IMG/VR virus record: IMGVR_UViG_3300023174_000214 | Location: 1 to 54,358 of that record | Reading direction: 5' to 3' (one strand) | DNA from: a virus | Taxonomy: Duplodnaviria > Caudoviricetes | DNA: 54,358 nt | Position numbers and translations under genes: made by a program | Shown here: piece by piece, positions 36,414 through 46,351 of the stretch | Position numbering within the stretch: the stretch's first letter is position 1 | Layout: every line of letters starts with the position of its first letter | Notes under the pieces: model-generated | Seen by the model: the letters and a program-made list of their open reading frames with translations, nothing else | Database searches by the model: none | What the model was told of the DNA's origin: nothing

Positions 36414-39158
36414 ATGCCACTAGTTTTAAGACTCAATAAGCTTAGCTCTCTTACTTTCACCGAACTCGATGGAAACTTTACATATCTTAATGGATTGATT
36501 GGAAACAATACATCGAATATTGCTACGAATACAGCAAATATTAGTACGAACACTACTGATATTACTAATCTAGCAAGCAGCAGAGTTACTACTTCAAGTT
36601 ATAATGCATTTACAGGATCTGTACTAACTACTTCTAGCTTCAATACATTTACAGCTTCTGTTGTTACAACAAGTTCTTTCAACACATTTACGGCTTCTGT
36701 TGTTACAACAAGCAGCTTTAATACATTTACATCAAGTGTTGTTACAACAAGTAGTTTCAATACATTTACAGCTTCTGTAGTAACTACATCTAGCTTCAAT
36801 ACGTTTACTTCAAGTGTAGTAACTACATCTAGCTTTAATACATTTACATCATCTGTTGTTACAACAAGCAGTTTTAATACGTTTACTGCTTCAGTTGTTA
36901 CAACTTCTAGCTTCAATACGTTTACTTCAAGTGTTGTTACAACAAGTTCATTTAATGCATTTACTTCAAGTGTTGTTACAACAAGTTCATTTAATGCATT
37001 TACTTCAAGTGTTGTTACAACAAGTTCATTTAATGCATTTACGAGTTCTGTCGTCACAACGTCTAGTTTTAATGCATTTACGAGTTCTATAGTCACAACA
37101 AGTTCTTTCAACACATTTACGTCAAGTGTTGTTACAACTTCTAGCTTTAATGCATTCACATCATCTGTTGTAACTACATCTAGCTTTAATGCATTTACAG
37201 CGAGCGTTATAACGACTGGAAGTTCTACTGCTAATCAAAGTATATCAGGAAGTTTAATAGTCTCTAGTAGTTTTGTAGTAACAGGATCTTTGAAATTATC
37301 AGGATCTGCATATCTATCCAGTCTTGTTACAGCATCTGTGCCTATAACAACACCAAATGTGCTAGTTGTTAGCAGTTCAGGACAAGTATTTGTGACAGCA
37401 TCGTCAGCGATTGGCGGAGGAGGAAGTATAGTAAATAATTTCTACAATACAGCATCCTTTATAGCAACAGGTAGCATAACCGCAAGTGTGAATGTAACTG
37501 GATCTAGTATATTTCAAATTACTAGTGGAAGTAGCACGTTTATAGTTATTAACAATAGTGGAAGTGTGGGTATAGGAACAAACACTCCCTCATCTAAATT
37601 AGAAGTATCGGCCTCTACAAGTAATACCTTTGTAATATCAGGAGTAGCATCATCCGCTACTAATCTTATATCAGTAACAGGATCAGGAGGGCAAATATTA
37701 AAATTAGATACTAATGCCACTGCTACAACCATGTCATTAAAAATGAATGGTATTGGAAATACATCAACATGGGATTTTATTACGGCAGGCGGAACAAATG
37801 TCAATGGAGGTTCTAATAATAATTATATAGTATCAAATCAATATGCTGATTTAAACGTGAAGCAATATAGTGCTTTAGTAGTACAGCAGACAGGAACACC
37901 TGCAGATAATCCAATAGTATTTCAAGTAAAAGATTCATCTTCAAAAAAATATCTTCAAATTGATACAGGCAGCACCACAATATCAGGTTCATTCAATGCT
38001 AATAATGTATTATTTGTAAGTGCAAGTGCTGTAACTATATCTGGTTCTCTATCAGTAGTAAGTGGTAGTACAGAATTTCAAGTATTAGGCAGTGGCATAA
38101 AAATGGGTAATACAGGATCAGATGCTCATACGATGACTGGTTCATTTGCAATACAGGTAACTCCTACAAGTCCTAGTAATATACCTGGAGGAATAAAAGT
38201 TACTTCAGGAATCAATAATGTATCTCACTCTACTAATTTTACAATAGGTAATTATACTATAGTCTCACAAAGAACTAATGAATTATACTTTGGAGCAAAT
38301 AGTCCTGGAGAAGCGGGAGCATATTTTCTAGGTACACAAATGTATACAGGTCAAGCTAGTCCTAGATTTATACTTGGAGGAGCAACAGGTCCAAATAATG
38401 TTTCTTATATGAGTGTAGGAGCCAATACAGGAAGTGAATATCAATCTGCAGGCTCTTATCCTTCAACGGAAAATAATTTCTTCCTTATTAATACCAATTT
38501 TTCTTCTCCTAATCCAGGAACTATTCAACGTAGATCATTATATATTGGAGCACAGGATATAAGATTCTTTGTATCAGCAAGTACTAATAACGATACATTT
38601 AGTTCTGCTGCTCCTGTTATGACTATAGGTAGTGCAAATACAGTAACAATAACAGGTTCAACAAGCGTATTAACAGTACGAGGCTCAGGCTCAACAGCAC
38701 CGCTATTTACAGTACAAGGATCACAAGTCGAATTATTCAGTGTAACAGACAGTTTATCTGGATCTCTATTCTCGGTTAATGATATATCTGGCCTACCAAT
38801 CATAGATGTAAATTCAGATCAAACAACAAAAATAGGCAGCTATCTAGCACCAGGAATGTATGCATCTACTAAGGTAACTGCTAATACAGGTGTAACAGTA
38901 ATATACAGTATTCCTACAGCATCATATGACTCAGCATATTTCGATTACAATATTAGATTAGGATCCTTAGCTAGAGCAGGCAGTATAATAGCAATATGGA
39001 GTGGTAGCAACGTTAATTATAGTGAAGTATCAGCATCTTCATTCGGAACAACAAATACATTTGTGTTTGGAGTTAGTATATCAGGCAGCAATATGATATT
39101 ATCAGGTTCAGCTCCATCAAATGGATGGACAGTTAAAACAATAGTAAAAGCAATATAA
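36414..39158 (+). CDS. Ser/Thr-rich tail-fibre/virion fibre protein
   Basis: LTFTELDGNFTYL N-terminus, coiled segment, 13-aa repeats, GSVGIGTNTPSSKLEV motif, xxTGS/SGS beta repeats. Confidence 0.7.
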   Translation: MPLVLRLNKLSSLTFTELDGNFTYLNGLIGNNTSNIATNTANISTNTTDITNLASSRVTTSSYNAFTGSVLTTSSFNTFTASVVTTSSFNTFTASVVTTSSFNTFTSSVVTTSSFNTFTASVVTTSSFNTFTSSVVTTSSFNTFTSSVVTTSSFNTFTASVVTTSSFNTFTSSVVTTSSFNAFTSSVVTTSSFNAFTSSVVTTSSFNAFTSSVVTTSSFNAFTSSIVTTSSFNTFTSSVVTTSSFNAFTSSVVTTSSFNAFTASVITTGSSTANQSISGSLIVSSSFVVTGSLKLSGSAYLSSLVTASVPITTPNVLVVSSSGQVFVTASSAIGGGGSIVNNFYNTASFIATGSITASVNVTGSSIFQITSGSSTFIVINNSGSVGIGTNTPSSKLEVSASTSNTFVISGVASSATNLISVTGSGGQILKLDTNATATTMSLKMNGIGNTSTWDFITAGGTNVNGGSNNNYIVSNQYADLNVKQYSALVVQQTGTPADNPIVFQVKDSSSKKYLQIDTGSTTISGSFNANNVLFVSASAVTISGSLSVVSGSTEFQVLGSGIKMGNTGSDAHTMTGSFAIQVTPTSPSNIPGGIKVTSGINNVSHSTNFTIGNYTIVSQRTNELYFGANSPGEAGAYFLGTQMYTGQASPRFILGGATGPNNVSYMSVGANTGSEYQSAGSYPSTENNFFLINTNFSSPNPGTIQRRSLYIGAQDIRFFVSASTNNDTFSSAAPVMTIGSANTVTITGSTSVLTVRGSGSTAPLFTVQGSQVELFSVTDSLSGSLFSVNDISGLPIIDVNSDQTTKIGSYLAPGMYASTKVTANTGVTVIYSIPTASYDSAYFDYNIRLGSLARAGSIIAIWSGSNVNYSEVSASSFGTTNTFVFGVSISGSNMILSGSAPSNGWTVKTIVKAI
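36582..37205 (+). repeat. 16 tandem 39-nt (13-aa) coding repeats, consensus VVTTSSFN(T/A)FT(S/A)S
   Basis: Counted from the translation; 16 x 39 = 624 nt. Confidence 0.9.
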
Positions 39159-39159
39159 C

Positions 39160-39840
39160 GTGGCATTTAGTTTTGGAAATAAAATAATAACAGATGGATT
39201 AGTATCTTATTTAGATGTGGCTAATTCACGTAGTTATCCAGGTAGTGGAACTGTATTGAATGATTTAACTAATAATAAAAATAGTGGATCTTTAATTTTA
39301 GGTCCCGTATATAACAGTACATATGGCGGTAATATTACGTGTGATGGTATTGATGATTATATTCGAACAAAAAATATAACTCTCACATCATTTTCATTAT
39401 CTATTATATATATGCCATTAGTGTTTGATACTAATACAGGAACTGCTAGATATAATTGCGTTCTTGAAACAGATGGTGGTGGTGGTGGTAATATGCTCAT
39501 CAGATATGATAACACATTAGGAAATGCAATATTAATAGGAAACCATGACGGAGGTAGATATGGATATGTATATTTAAATTCAAATCCTGTACAAACAGTA
39601 AATAAAGTATATGAAATCACTGTAACATATGATGATACAACTAACTTATTATCTGGATATTTAGGCGGCGTGTTTATAAATAGCACTACACTAACAACAA
39701 ATTTAAAGTATGCAGGAATAATACAATTAGGATATACATTTAATTGTAGAATATTTAATTATAAAGTATATAACAGAGTATTATCATCAACAGAAGTAAC
39801 ACAAAACTATAATGCACTAAAGGCTAGATTCGGTTTATAA
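39160..39840 (+). CDS. LamG/concanavalin A-like lectin domain protein
   Basis: IITDGLVSYLDVANSRSYPGSGT..FNYKVYNRVLSSTEVTQNYNALKARFGL. Confidence 0.8.
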   Translation: MAFSFGNKIITDGLVSYLDVANSRSYPGSGTVLNDLTNNKNSGSLILGPVYNSTYGGNITCDGIDDYIRTKNITLTSFSLSIIYMPLVFDTNTGTARYNCVLETDGGGGGNMLIRYDNTLGNAILIGNHDGGRYGYVYLNSNPVQTVNKVYEITVTYDDTTNLLSGYLGGVFINSTTLTTNLKYAGIIQLGYTFNCRIFNYKVYNRVLSSTEVTQNYNALKARFGL

Positions 39841-39841
39841 T

Positions 39842-40564
39842 ATGGCAAGAAGCACAATTCAGAATGGAAGCATAGTAACAGATGGATTATTAGTACACTT
39901 AGATGCTGCTAATCCAAAAAGTTATATTGGAAATGGAACTAGTTGGAATAATTTAGCAAATGTTGATAGATCAACGTTATTTAATACACCTGTCTATAAT
40001 TCCGAAGGAGTTGCATCTTCCTTTACATTTGATGGAATAAATCAATGTGCAACTTTTACAAACTCAAATCAATTTCTACTTCCTACTCTTACCGTTTGTT
40101 GCTGGAGTTATCCACTATTCTTCAATGCCCAAGGATCAGTTGTATTTAGCGCAGGAGATAGCAATCGTTTATTACTAGGTCTAAATTATGGTACAGCAGG
40201 CGTATCTGCAGGTGGAATATATTTCTATGTTCGTGGGAATACTGCTCCTCCTATTGAAGTATTTACCGCAATGCCGTCAGTTACACTAAATAAGTGGCAT
40301 CATCACACATTTGTAGTTGATTTACCCGGATCAAATATCAAAGGTTACGTTAATGGACAACAAGTTTATTCAAATACAAACAGTTTAGGCTCAGATTTTT
40401 TAAACGGTTTCGGGTCATATCCACCAGTTTTAGCTTCTAGATATGGTGGAGGAGGCGATGCAACTAATACGAGAATTGCAACATTCTCATTCTATAATAA
40501 AGTACTAACACAAGCAGAAGTAATACAAAATTATAACACAATAAAAGGCCGATTCGGTTTATAA
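39842..40564 (+). CDS. LamG/concanavalin A-like lectin domain protein (paralog)
   Basis: IVTDGLLVHLDAANPKSY..KWHH..YVNG..YNKVLTQAEVIQNYN..RFGL. Confidence 0.8.
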   Translation: MARSTIQNGSIVTDGLLVHLDAANPKSYIGNGTSWNNLANVDRSTLFNTPVYNSEGVASSFTFDGINQCATFTNSNQFLLPTLTVCCWSYPLFFNAQGSVVFSAGDSNRLLLGLNYGTAGVSAGGIYFYVRGNTAPPIEVFTAMPSVTLNKWHHHTFVVDLPGSNIKGYVNGQQVYSNTNSLGSDFLNGFGSYPPVLASRYGGGGDATNTRIATFSFYNKVLTQAEVIQNYNTIKGRFGL

Positions 40565-40565
40565 T

Positions 40566-41165
40566 ATGGCAGGAAGAATAGGACCATTACCACCATTTGC
40601 AACATCTCTTGATTATTTTGGAAGACGATGGGAAACAAAATATGCAACTATAACCACTTATAGAAATGGAGATACAATACCGCAAGTAACCGATAATACA
40701 GCATGGGCAAATCTTACAACAGGAGCTTGGTGCTGGTACGACAATAATAGTGCAAACGAAGCAACATATGGTAAATTATATAATGGATATGCTATAACTG
40801 ATCCTAGAGGCATAGCACCATATGGATATAGATGTCCTAAGCTAGTTGATGGACAACCTCCTTTTTTTAATGATTTTATAAAAAGTAATGGATATGGTGG
40901 AAATGCTTGGTATTTTGCCCAACCTGGTAATGAATTTCCTAGCCCATATCTTCAAATTACATTTGCTGGATTAAGATCTGGAACTGATGGTAGTTTTTAT
41001 GGTATAGATTCATTTTCATATTTTGGTTTATCTGATGTTTATGACAGTCCCCCTAATCTCCCTGCCCAATTTTATTTTTATATAGTTGATACAGGTAATG
41101 CTGACTACGAAATTGGATCTGATTACAAAACAGCAGGATATACAGTATGGTTTATTCAAGAATAA
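40566..41165 (+). CDS. Fib_succ_major (FISUMP)-like domain protein
   Basis: TYRNGDTIPQVTD..W..LTTGAWCWYDN..YGKLYN.YA..DPRGIAP.G. Confidence 0.75.
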   Translation: MAGRIGPLPPFATSLDYFGRRWETKYATITTYRNGDTIPQVTDNTAWANLTTGAWCWYDNNSANEATYGKLYNGYAITDPRGIAPYGYRCPKLVDGQPPFFNDFIKSNGYGGNAWYFAQPGNEFPSPYLQITFAGLRSGTDGSFYGIDSFSYFGLSDVYDSPPNLPAQFYFYIVDTGNADYEIGSDYKTAGYTVWFIQE

Positions 41166-41200
41166 TCAAAATTCTTTTCCTATATTACTAGAAATTTATT

Positions 41201-41232
41201 TTGAATACAATCAAAAGTATTGATTATATTTA
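41201..41232 (+). promoter_or_regulatory. Bacteroidota-type promoter (TTG-N21-TATATTTA)
   Basis: TTG 41201-41203, TATATTTA 41225-41232. Confidence 0.45.
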
Positions 41233-41260
41233 ATTATCAATAACCAAAATCAAATAATAT

Positions 41261-41500
41261 ATGGCAGATTTCTCAAAACAATGGTGCGAGCTTTATGATC
41301 CTGAAATGCCGCACGATTTCGACATAGAAGATATAGTAAAAAAAATAGAACCAGGTTATTATCGTTCAGAAATATGTGAAGGATTTGGATTCACAGCTAT
41401 AGCAAAAGAAGAATCAGGTGATATCTCTCTATACATTCCTAATCAAGGTTGGCAGAATTACGAGAAGTTTATCAATGAACATACAAGACGAGAACTATAA
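41261..41500 (+). CDS. conserved small phage protein
   Basis: MADFSKQWC..DF..ICEG.G pattern. Confidence 0.6.
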   Translation: MADFSKQWCELYDPEMPHDFDIEDIVKKIEPGYYRSEICEGFGFTAIAKEESGDISLYIPNQGWQNYEKFINEHTRREL

Positions 41501-41551
41501 TCGAGAACATTACTAGATAAAAAACTATATATCACCAATAAAATAAAAGTT

Positions 41552-42496
41552 ATGATTAATAAAATAGGTTACGCGTGTATCAATTTATCCTTAGGCAAGT
41601 CTGTCACCACAAACAGAGGCATGACACTTAAAACATTCAAAGCCAAAGGACCTGATTATGTATCTGAACTTGCACTCAAGAATGCTCAAGACGTTATTAA
41701 AATCCTCCAATGGAATGAACAGCATAACATAAAGATGTTTAGGCTCTCATCTGCGCTGATTCCGTGGGGCAATGTAGTTGATATAGATTCTCTAAAAGAC
41801 ATAGACCAAATAGCCGCAGCACTCAAACAAGCTGGAGATTATGCAGATCAACACGGCCACAGAATTAGTACTCATCCCGGTCCATACACAGTTATAGCAT
41901 CAACAAATAATAACGTAGTAGTAAACGCTATTAAAGATTTAGAGATGCATGCTAAAGTATTCGATCTTATGGGTCTAAGTAAGACTCCATACAATAAAAT
42001 AAACATACACGTCAATACTACAACAAATGGCAAGAAAGAATCTATGAAGAGATTCTGCGATGCATTCTGGCATCTATCAGATTCAGTAAGATCTAGATTA
42101 GTAGTAGAGAATGACGACAAAGCAAGTCAATATGCTGTAGAAGATCTGATGTATGTACACGAATCGATAGGCATTCCAATAACATTCGACTATTTCCATC
42201 ATTCTCACCAACCAGGATCATTATCAGAAGAGCAAGCATTAAAGTTGGCAGCAACAACATGGCCTGAAGGCATTGTACAAGCTGTACATTACAGCGAAAG
42301 CAAGAGATTACACGAAAACAATCCTAAAGAAAATGCAAGAGCACACTCAGATATGATACACAATTTACCAGAAACATATGGTGTTACCATTGATATTATG
42401 ACAGAGTGTAAGTTAAAAGATTTAGCCATATTACCGCACTTACCACTCAAATCTAATTATCTTACAAGTAGAAAACATTCATTAATATTATCATAA
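41552..42496 (+). CDS. uvsE: UV-damage endonuclease
   Basis: IGYACIN, MFRLSS, STHPGPY, INIHV, LVVENDD, FDYFHH, HYSES, AHSD, ECKLKD. Confidence 0.9.
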   Translation: MINKIGYACINLSLGKSVTTNRGMTLKTFKAKGPDYVSELALKNAQDVIKILQWNEQHNIKMFRLSSALIPWGNVVDIDSLKDIDQIAAALKQAGDYADQHGHRISTHPGPYTVIASTNNNVVVNAIKDLEMHAKVFDLMGLSKTPYNKINIHVNTTTNGKKESMKRFCDAFWHLSDSVRSRLVVENDDKASQYAVEDLMYVHESIGIPITFDYFHHSHQPGSLSEEQALKLAATTWPEGIVQAVHYSESKRLHENNPKENARAHSDMIHNLPETYGVTIDIMTECKLKDLAILPHLPLKSNYLTSRKHSLILS

Positions 42497-42627
42497 CTTG
42501 CAAAAACTGCAAGTTTTGTCACTTTATAAGAAATTAAAATCCAAGTCTCTATAATTTACATACGTAAAACATAATCTTTATTAGTAATCCAAGAATTAGT
42601 ATATTTAATTAACTAAAAAAAACAATT

Positions 42628-42909
42628 ATGCCACTAAAACAAAAAACAAAACCAGTAAATCAAGAAGAAGTAGTACCACAAAACAATTTTAATTTAACAC
42701 AGACACAATTTGAAGAATTAAAAAACGTTATAGACATATTAGGAGATGCTAGACGTATGTGTAACGAGTTTAACGAGAATGACACTTTTCAAAATTCATT
42801 TGTAATGTTCCAGCTTGGTAAAATTTACAGTGCAATTGACAGATCAGAAGATATGCTACTTAGCATAACAGATGTTGTAGATTCATGCGAAGATTGTGAT
42901 GACTTATAA
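42628..42909 (+). CDS. hypothetical protein
   Basis: After TATATTTA at 42600. Confidence 0.55.
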   Translation: MPLKQKTKPVNQEEVVPQNNFNLTQTQFEELKNVIDILGDARRMCNEFNENDTFQNSFVMFQLGKIYSAIDRSEDMLLSITDVVDSCEDCDDL

Positions 42910-42924
42910 ATAAAACTTACTCAT

Positions 42925-43212
42925 ATGAAAAAATATCTTGGAGCTATACTCAGTTTATCTAGTGTTGCTATGCTATTCATAGCACTACGTTACCAAATGA
43001 ATGAGCTAAAAACAGTTAGACAACAAGCAGAATCTCAGCGTCTAAAAGTAGTAGCGTATGATTCATTAAAAAGAACATGCGATTCTATTGAATCTGAATT
43101 ATTTATAGAGAAAATAAATATAGGCAGATATGAATCTGCACTATATAGTTTAGAATCAGAAGACTCAATAACAGCTGCTATATTTAAAATATACTTAAAC
43201 CAATCAGAATAA
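42925..43212 (+). CDS. N-terminally anchored coiled-coil protein
   Basis: Hydrophobic N-terminus plus helical domain. Confidence 0.55.
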   Translation: MKKYLGAILSLSSVAMLFIALRYQMNELKTVRQQAESQRLKVVAYDSLKRTCDSIESELFIEKINIGRYESALYSLESEDSITAAIFKIYLNQSE

Positions 43213-43550
43213 TGTATGTATTTTACGGAATTTTATGGGGAGTTATTGCACAAGTAATTACTTACTTTCAATTACAAGGTCAATTGAAGTATGATATACT
43301 AAAAGAAAACATGTGGTTTACCGTTCTACTTGGTATTCCTATCTCATATATGTTTATGCAATCAGTTAAGAACTTTGTATTAGCATTCGATGGTCAGATT
43401 TGGCCAAGTAGATTATTAGGTTTTGGCATTGGAGTTATTATATTCACTATAATGTCAGGACTTCTATTCAAAGAACCATTTACATTAAAAACTGGAATAT
43501 GCTTGCTTTTGGGATTGGCTATAATATTGGTACAACTATTTTGGAAATAA
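43212..43550 (+). CDS. 4-TM membrane protein (SMR/DMT-like size)
   Basis: Four hydrophobic helices, WPSRLLGF, LFKEP. Confidence 0.6.
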   Translation: MYVFYGILWGVIAQVITYFQLQGQLKYDILKENMWFTVLLGIPISYMFMQSVKNFVLAFDGQIWPSRLLGFGIGVIIFTIMSGLLFKEPFTLKTGICLLLGLAIILVQLFWK

Positions 43551-43562
43551 AAAAATAATTTG

Positions 43563-43856
43563 ATGCAAACAGGAATATTACATTTAACACAAGATCGAGG
43601 TTGGATTATTAAATACGAAAAAACCATCCACACATTAGTCGGCAAACATGATTATAAGATCAACAGAAAAGAATCAGAAATCATGATACATCCTAAACAC
43701 AATTTATGGTTGATCGCTCATGCCAAACAAGGAGCTAATATATGTTTTGAAGTAGAGACTATCGCCACTGGTCAAGATGAATGGACTGTGTCAGATACAG
43801 ACGTAGCTGTGTTAAAGCAATCCAATACAGCAGTAATAACAAATCCTCAAGACTGA
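43563..43856 (+). CDS. hypothetical protein
   Basis: GILH....GW..(G..V/IxFE) pattern shared with 44783. Confidence 0.55.
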   Translation: MQTGILHLTQDRGWIIKYEKTIHTLVGKHDYKINRKESEIMIHPKHNLWLIAHAKQGANICFEVETIATGQDEWTVSDTDVAVLKQSNTAVITNPQD

Positions 43857-43857
43857 T

Positions 43858-44061
43858 ATGACAGTAAGAGAATTAGTAGAACATCTACAATCAGTAGATC
43901 CTGAGCTAAGAGTATTCACAAAAGGATATGAAGGTGGATACGAAGATGCTACAGCTCCAACTATTATTCACAACTTTGCACTAAACTACCACGAACAGTG
44001 GTATTATGGTCCACATGAAATAGTTGAAGAGAATAGCGATGTAAAAGGTATAGTATTATAA
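43858..44061 (+). CDS. conserved small phage protein
   Basis: MTVRELVEHL..DPELRV..GYEGG..WYYGPHE. Confidence 0.65.
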   Translation: MTVRELVEHLQSVDPELRVFTKGYEGGYEDATAPTIIHNFALNYHEQWYYGPHEIVEENSDVKGIVL

Positions 44062-44076
44062 AAAAATAATTTATCA

Positions 44077-44277
44077 ATGCTAGAGTTTAAGAATCCAATA
44101 CCCGTAATAGTAGAAACTAATAAAGAAGGCTACGCCATTTATGTTACATGTGGCGGCGCTTTTGAAAACGATATATGGTGTGTAGTGCTGTGTGATAGTG
44201 GTACAATTAGACACTACAGATCCGATCAGATTAAGATGCATCACAATGCAACGTTAGACATTAAAAAAGTAACGTAA
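44077..44277 (+). CDS. conserved small phage protein
   Basis: EFKNPIPV..GYAIYV..ENDIWCV..NATL. Confidence 0.6.
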   Translation: MLEFKNPIPVIVETNKEGYAIYVTCGGAFENDIWCVVLCDSGTIRHYRSDQIKMHHNATLDIKKVT

Positions 44278-44465
44278 TGAATAGCTCAATCAAACCGGGT
44301 GATAAAATAAAAATAATCAAAGACAGGATCGGAAATAAGATGTTAGCAAATGTAGAATTAGGAGAAGAGCTAGTTATCACCAGCATATCTGAATGTGGCA
44401 AGATAATGTATCATCACAATAGTCTGGCTTTGCCTGTAAACAGCGACTGCTATAAAAAAATATAA
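44277..44465 (+). CDS. hypothetical protein
   Basis: Coupled ORF. Confidence 0.5.
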   Translation: MNSSIKPGDKIKIIKDRIGNKMLANVELGEELVITSISECGKIMYHHNSLALPVNSDCYKKI

Positions 44466-44543
44466 AATAAAAAATACGAAAATTATCAATCACACCCATC
44501 AATTAAAGCTCCGCTTTCGAATTAAAAAGTTTAAATTAATAAT

Positions 44544-44786
44544 ATGAAATTTATAACACTAACAGATACCGAAGGACATAAAGTCTTAATCAACCCAATA
44601 ATGATAACAACTCTACAGGAAGTACAACCATGTCCAGCTGAGTTATTAATACACGCAAAAGTATACACAATAGCAGGAGATAGACGACATGTAAGAGAGA
44701 CTATAGAAGAGATCCTAAAATTAATACAAGAATCAGAAAACATTCACACTGTCACTTGGAAGACAGGAACAACACCGCATATATGA
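44544..44786 (+). CDS. FlbD-like small protein
   Basis: FITLT..KVLINP..I..VRETIEEILKLI resembles the FlbD fold. Confidence 0.5.
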   Translation: MKFITLTDTEGHKVLINPIMITTLQEVQPCPAELLIHAKVYTIAGDRRHVRETIEEILKLIQESENIHTVTWKTGTTPHI

Positions 44787-45268
44787 AAGGAATATTAAAA
44801 CACACACCAGCAGGTTGGTTTGTTATGTATAGCGTAATGAGAGATGAAATAACATCTGGTTATGACTCTCTTCCTTTATACCAAGAAATATTTGATCAAA
44901 CTGCAGATCAGCCAATAATACCATTAGTAGATGGCAAACAAGTAGAGTTCGAGATACTGATAGAAACACCAACATTTATTACAGTAGCCAAACTAATCAA
45001 AGAATATCCAGAATTAGAAGGTACAATGAACCTATGTGAAGATATCATCGAGAAGAGGACAGGGAAGATGACAGAAGAAGAGTGGCAAGCAGCAGAGAAT
45101 AAACTAAAACCAAAATACACAGCAGATAAAGGTATATCATTCTATATTGAAAAATTAGATTCACAAAGAATGTATAGTGAGGAAGAAGTTAAAAGTATAT
45201 TAATGAAAACAGATAGATTTCTAAAGGCAGATTTAGATATATGGTTTGAACAATTTAAAAAGAAATAA
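44783..45268 (+). CDS. mosaic hypothetical protein
   Basis: ATG44783; contains YPELEGTMNLC and RMYSEEEV..WFEQFKKK short modules. Confidence 0.55.
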   Translation: MKGILKHTPAGWFVMYSVMRDEITSGYDSLPLYQEIFDQTADQPIIPLVDGKQVEFEILIETPTFITVAKLIKEYPELEGTMNLCEDIIEKRTGKMTEEEWQAAENKLKPKYTADKGISFYIEKLDSQRMYSEEEVKSILMKTDRFLKADLDIWFEQFKKK

Positions 45269-45368
45269 TGGTATACATACTAATAATAATAACAGGATGG
45301 GAGATATTAAAATGGGGAGTAGGCAAGATAGCTGACAATTTTTTAAACAACGACTAAAAATAAAGACT

Positions 45369-45575
45369 ATGATAATAGATTACATTAGATCACATTATGA
45401 AGTAAGAGCAAAAGATATAGATCCAGATACAGGAGAGATATCTAAAGACTGGCCAATAGCAATAACAAGAAGCAATGCATCAGCAGATATGATTATATAT
45501 GCTTTGAATAAATGCTCAGATGAACCTAATAGAGAATTCTATATAGTCTATAGAGACACGATAATAACCTGTTAA
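45369..45575 (+). CDS. hypothetical protein
   Basis: A-rich leader. Confidence 0.5.
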   Translation: MIIDYIRSHYEVRAKDIDPDTGEISKDWPIAITRSNASADMIIYALNKCSDEPNREFYIVYRDTIITC

Positions 45576-45590
45576 AATAAAACGTATAAT

Positions 45591-45923
45591 ATGACAGAGA
45601 AAAAAGTAATACTCGCAAAGACAGAATACGATGCAATGGAAGCAGAATTGCAAGACTTGAGAGCTATAGTCAGAAGCAGAACTGTAGTTCAGATATTAGA
45701 AGAGTCCTTAAAATGGCATGTAGTTTATAATACAGCAAGCGGCACCAGAATCAAATACATATTAGGAACTGATAGCGATGAAGAAAAAATGAAAGTACTA
45801 GCAGAGGGAATTGAATATGCGTATAAGAAATTAGCGAAGGCAGAATCGGATTTGTGTGATAGTCATTTAGAAATAAAACAATTAAAAGCTCAAACATGGT
45901 ACCAAAAATTATTCAACCGATAA
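45591..45923 (+). CDS. hypothetical coiled-coil protein
   Basis: Leader TAAAACGTATAATATG; ends TWYQKLF. Confidence 0.55.
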   Translation: MTEKKVILAKTEYDAMEAELQDLRAIVRSRTVVQILEESLKWHVVYNTASGTRIKYILGTDSDEEKMKVLAEGIEYAYKKLAKAESDLCDSHLEIKQLKAQTWYQKLFNR

Positions 45924-45933
45924 AACGCATAAT

Positions 45934-46284
45934 ATGGCACAGTTAGAACAACTACAACAAGAATTAATAGACGTGCTTACTACTCAAGTAGTAGACCTTA
46001 GCATGATGTCCAAGATCGAACTCGGAGACGATGTGATCAAGGAAATAAAAAGACTCAATGAAGAAATAGACAAAGCAAAGCAGAGTAATGAACAACATCC
46101 TCTAGTAAACACACTACAGAACTTAAAGGATTTTAGAGATGCATTAATTAACTTCAGTGCTTCTGAAAATGTAGATGGGTGGTCTTTATCAAATTTGCCA
46201 ACCCATTTTTGGGAAACCATTGGTGAATGTATAAATGATATTGAGGAACATATGGAACATATAAAAATAGAAAGTTATGGATAA
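45934..46284 (+). CDS. hypothetical protein
   Basis: Leader TAAAACGCATAATATG; ends KIESYG. Confidence 0.55.
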   Translation: MAQLEQLQQELIDVLTTQVVDLSMMSKIELGDDVIKEIKRLNEEIDKAKQSNEQHPLVNTLQNLKDFRDALINFSASENVDGWSLSNLPTHFWETIGECINDIEEHMEHIKIESYG

Positions 46285-46351
46285 CTACCAAAGTACAAAT
46301 GTAATAATGCAACTACGATAATCGACCCATAAAACCAAAGAAAAAGTAAAT

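Noticed and set aside
36599-37159. 186-aa minus-strand repeat ORF and +-strand alternate-frame ORF 36856
   Set aside because: By-products of the 39-nt coding repeat. Synonymous variation preserves the 36414 frame.
36582-37205. Possible CRISPR array
   Set aside because: Contiguous in-frame repeats without unique spacers and no cas operon. The PD-(D/E)XK gene at 651 is a solo phage nuclease.
40566-41165. Diversity-generating retroelement target
   Set aside because: No reverse transcriptase and no adenine-variant template repeat seen in this window. It cannot be excluded elsewhere in the genome.
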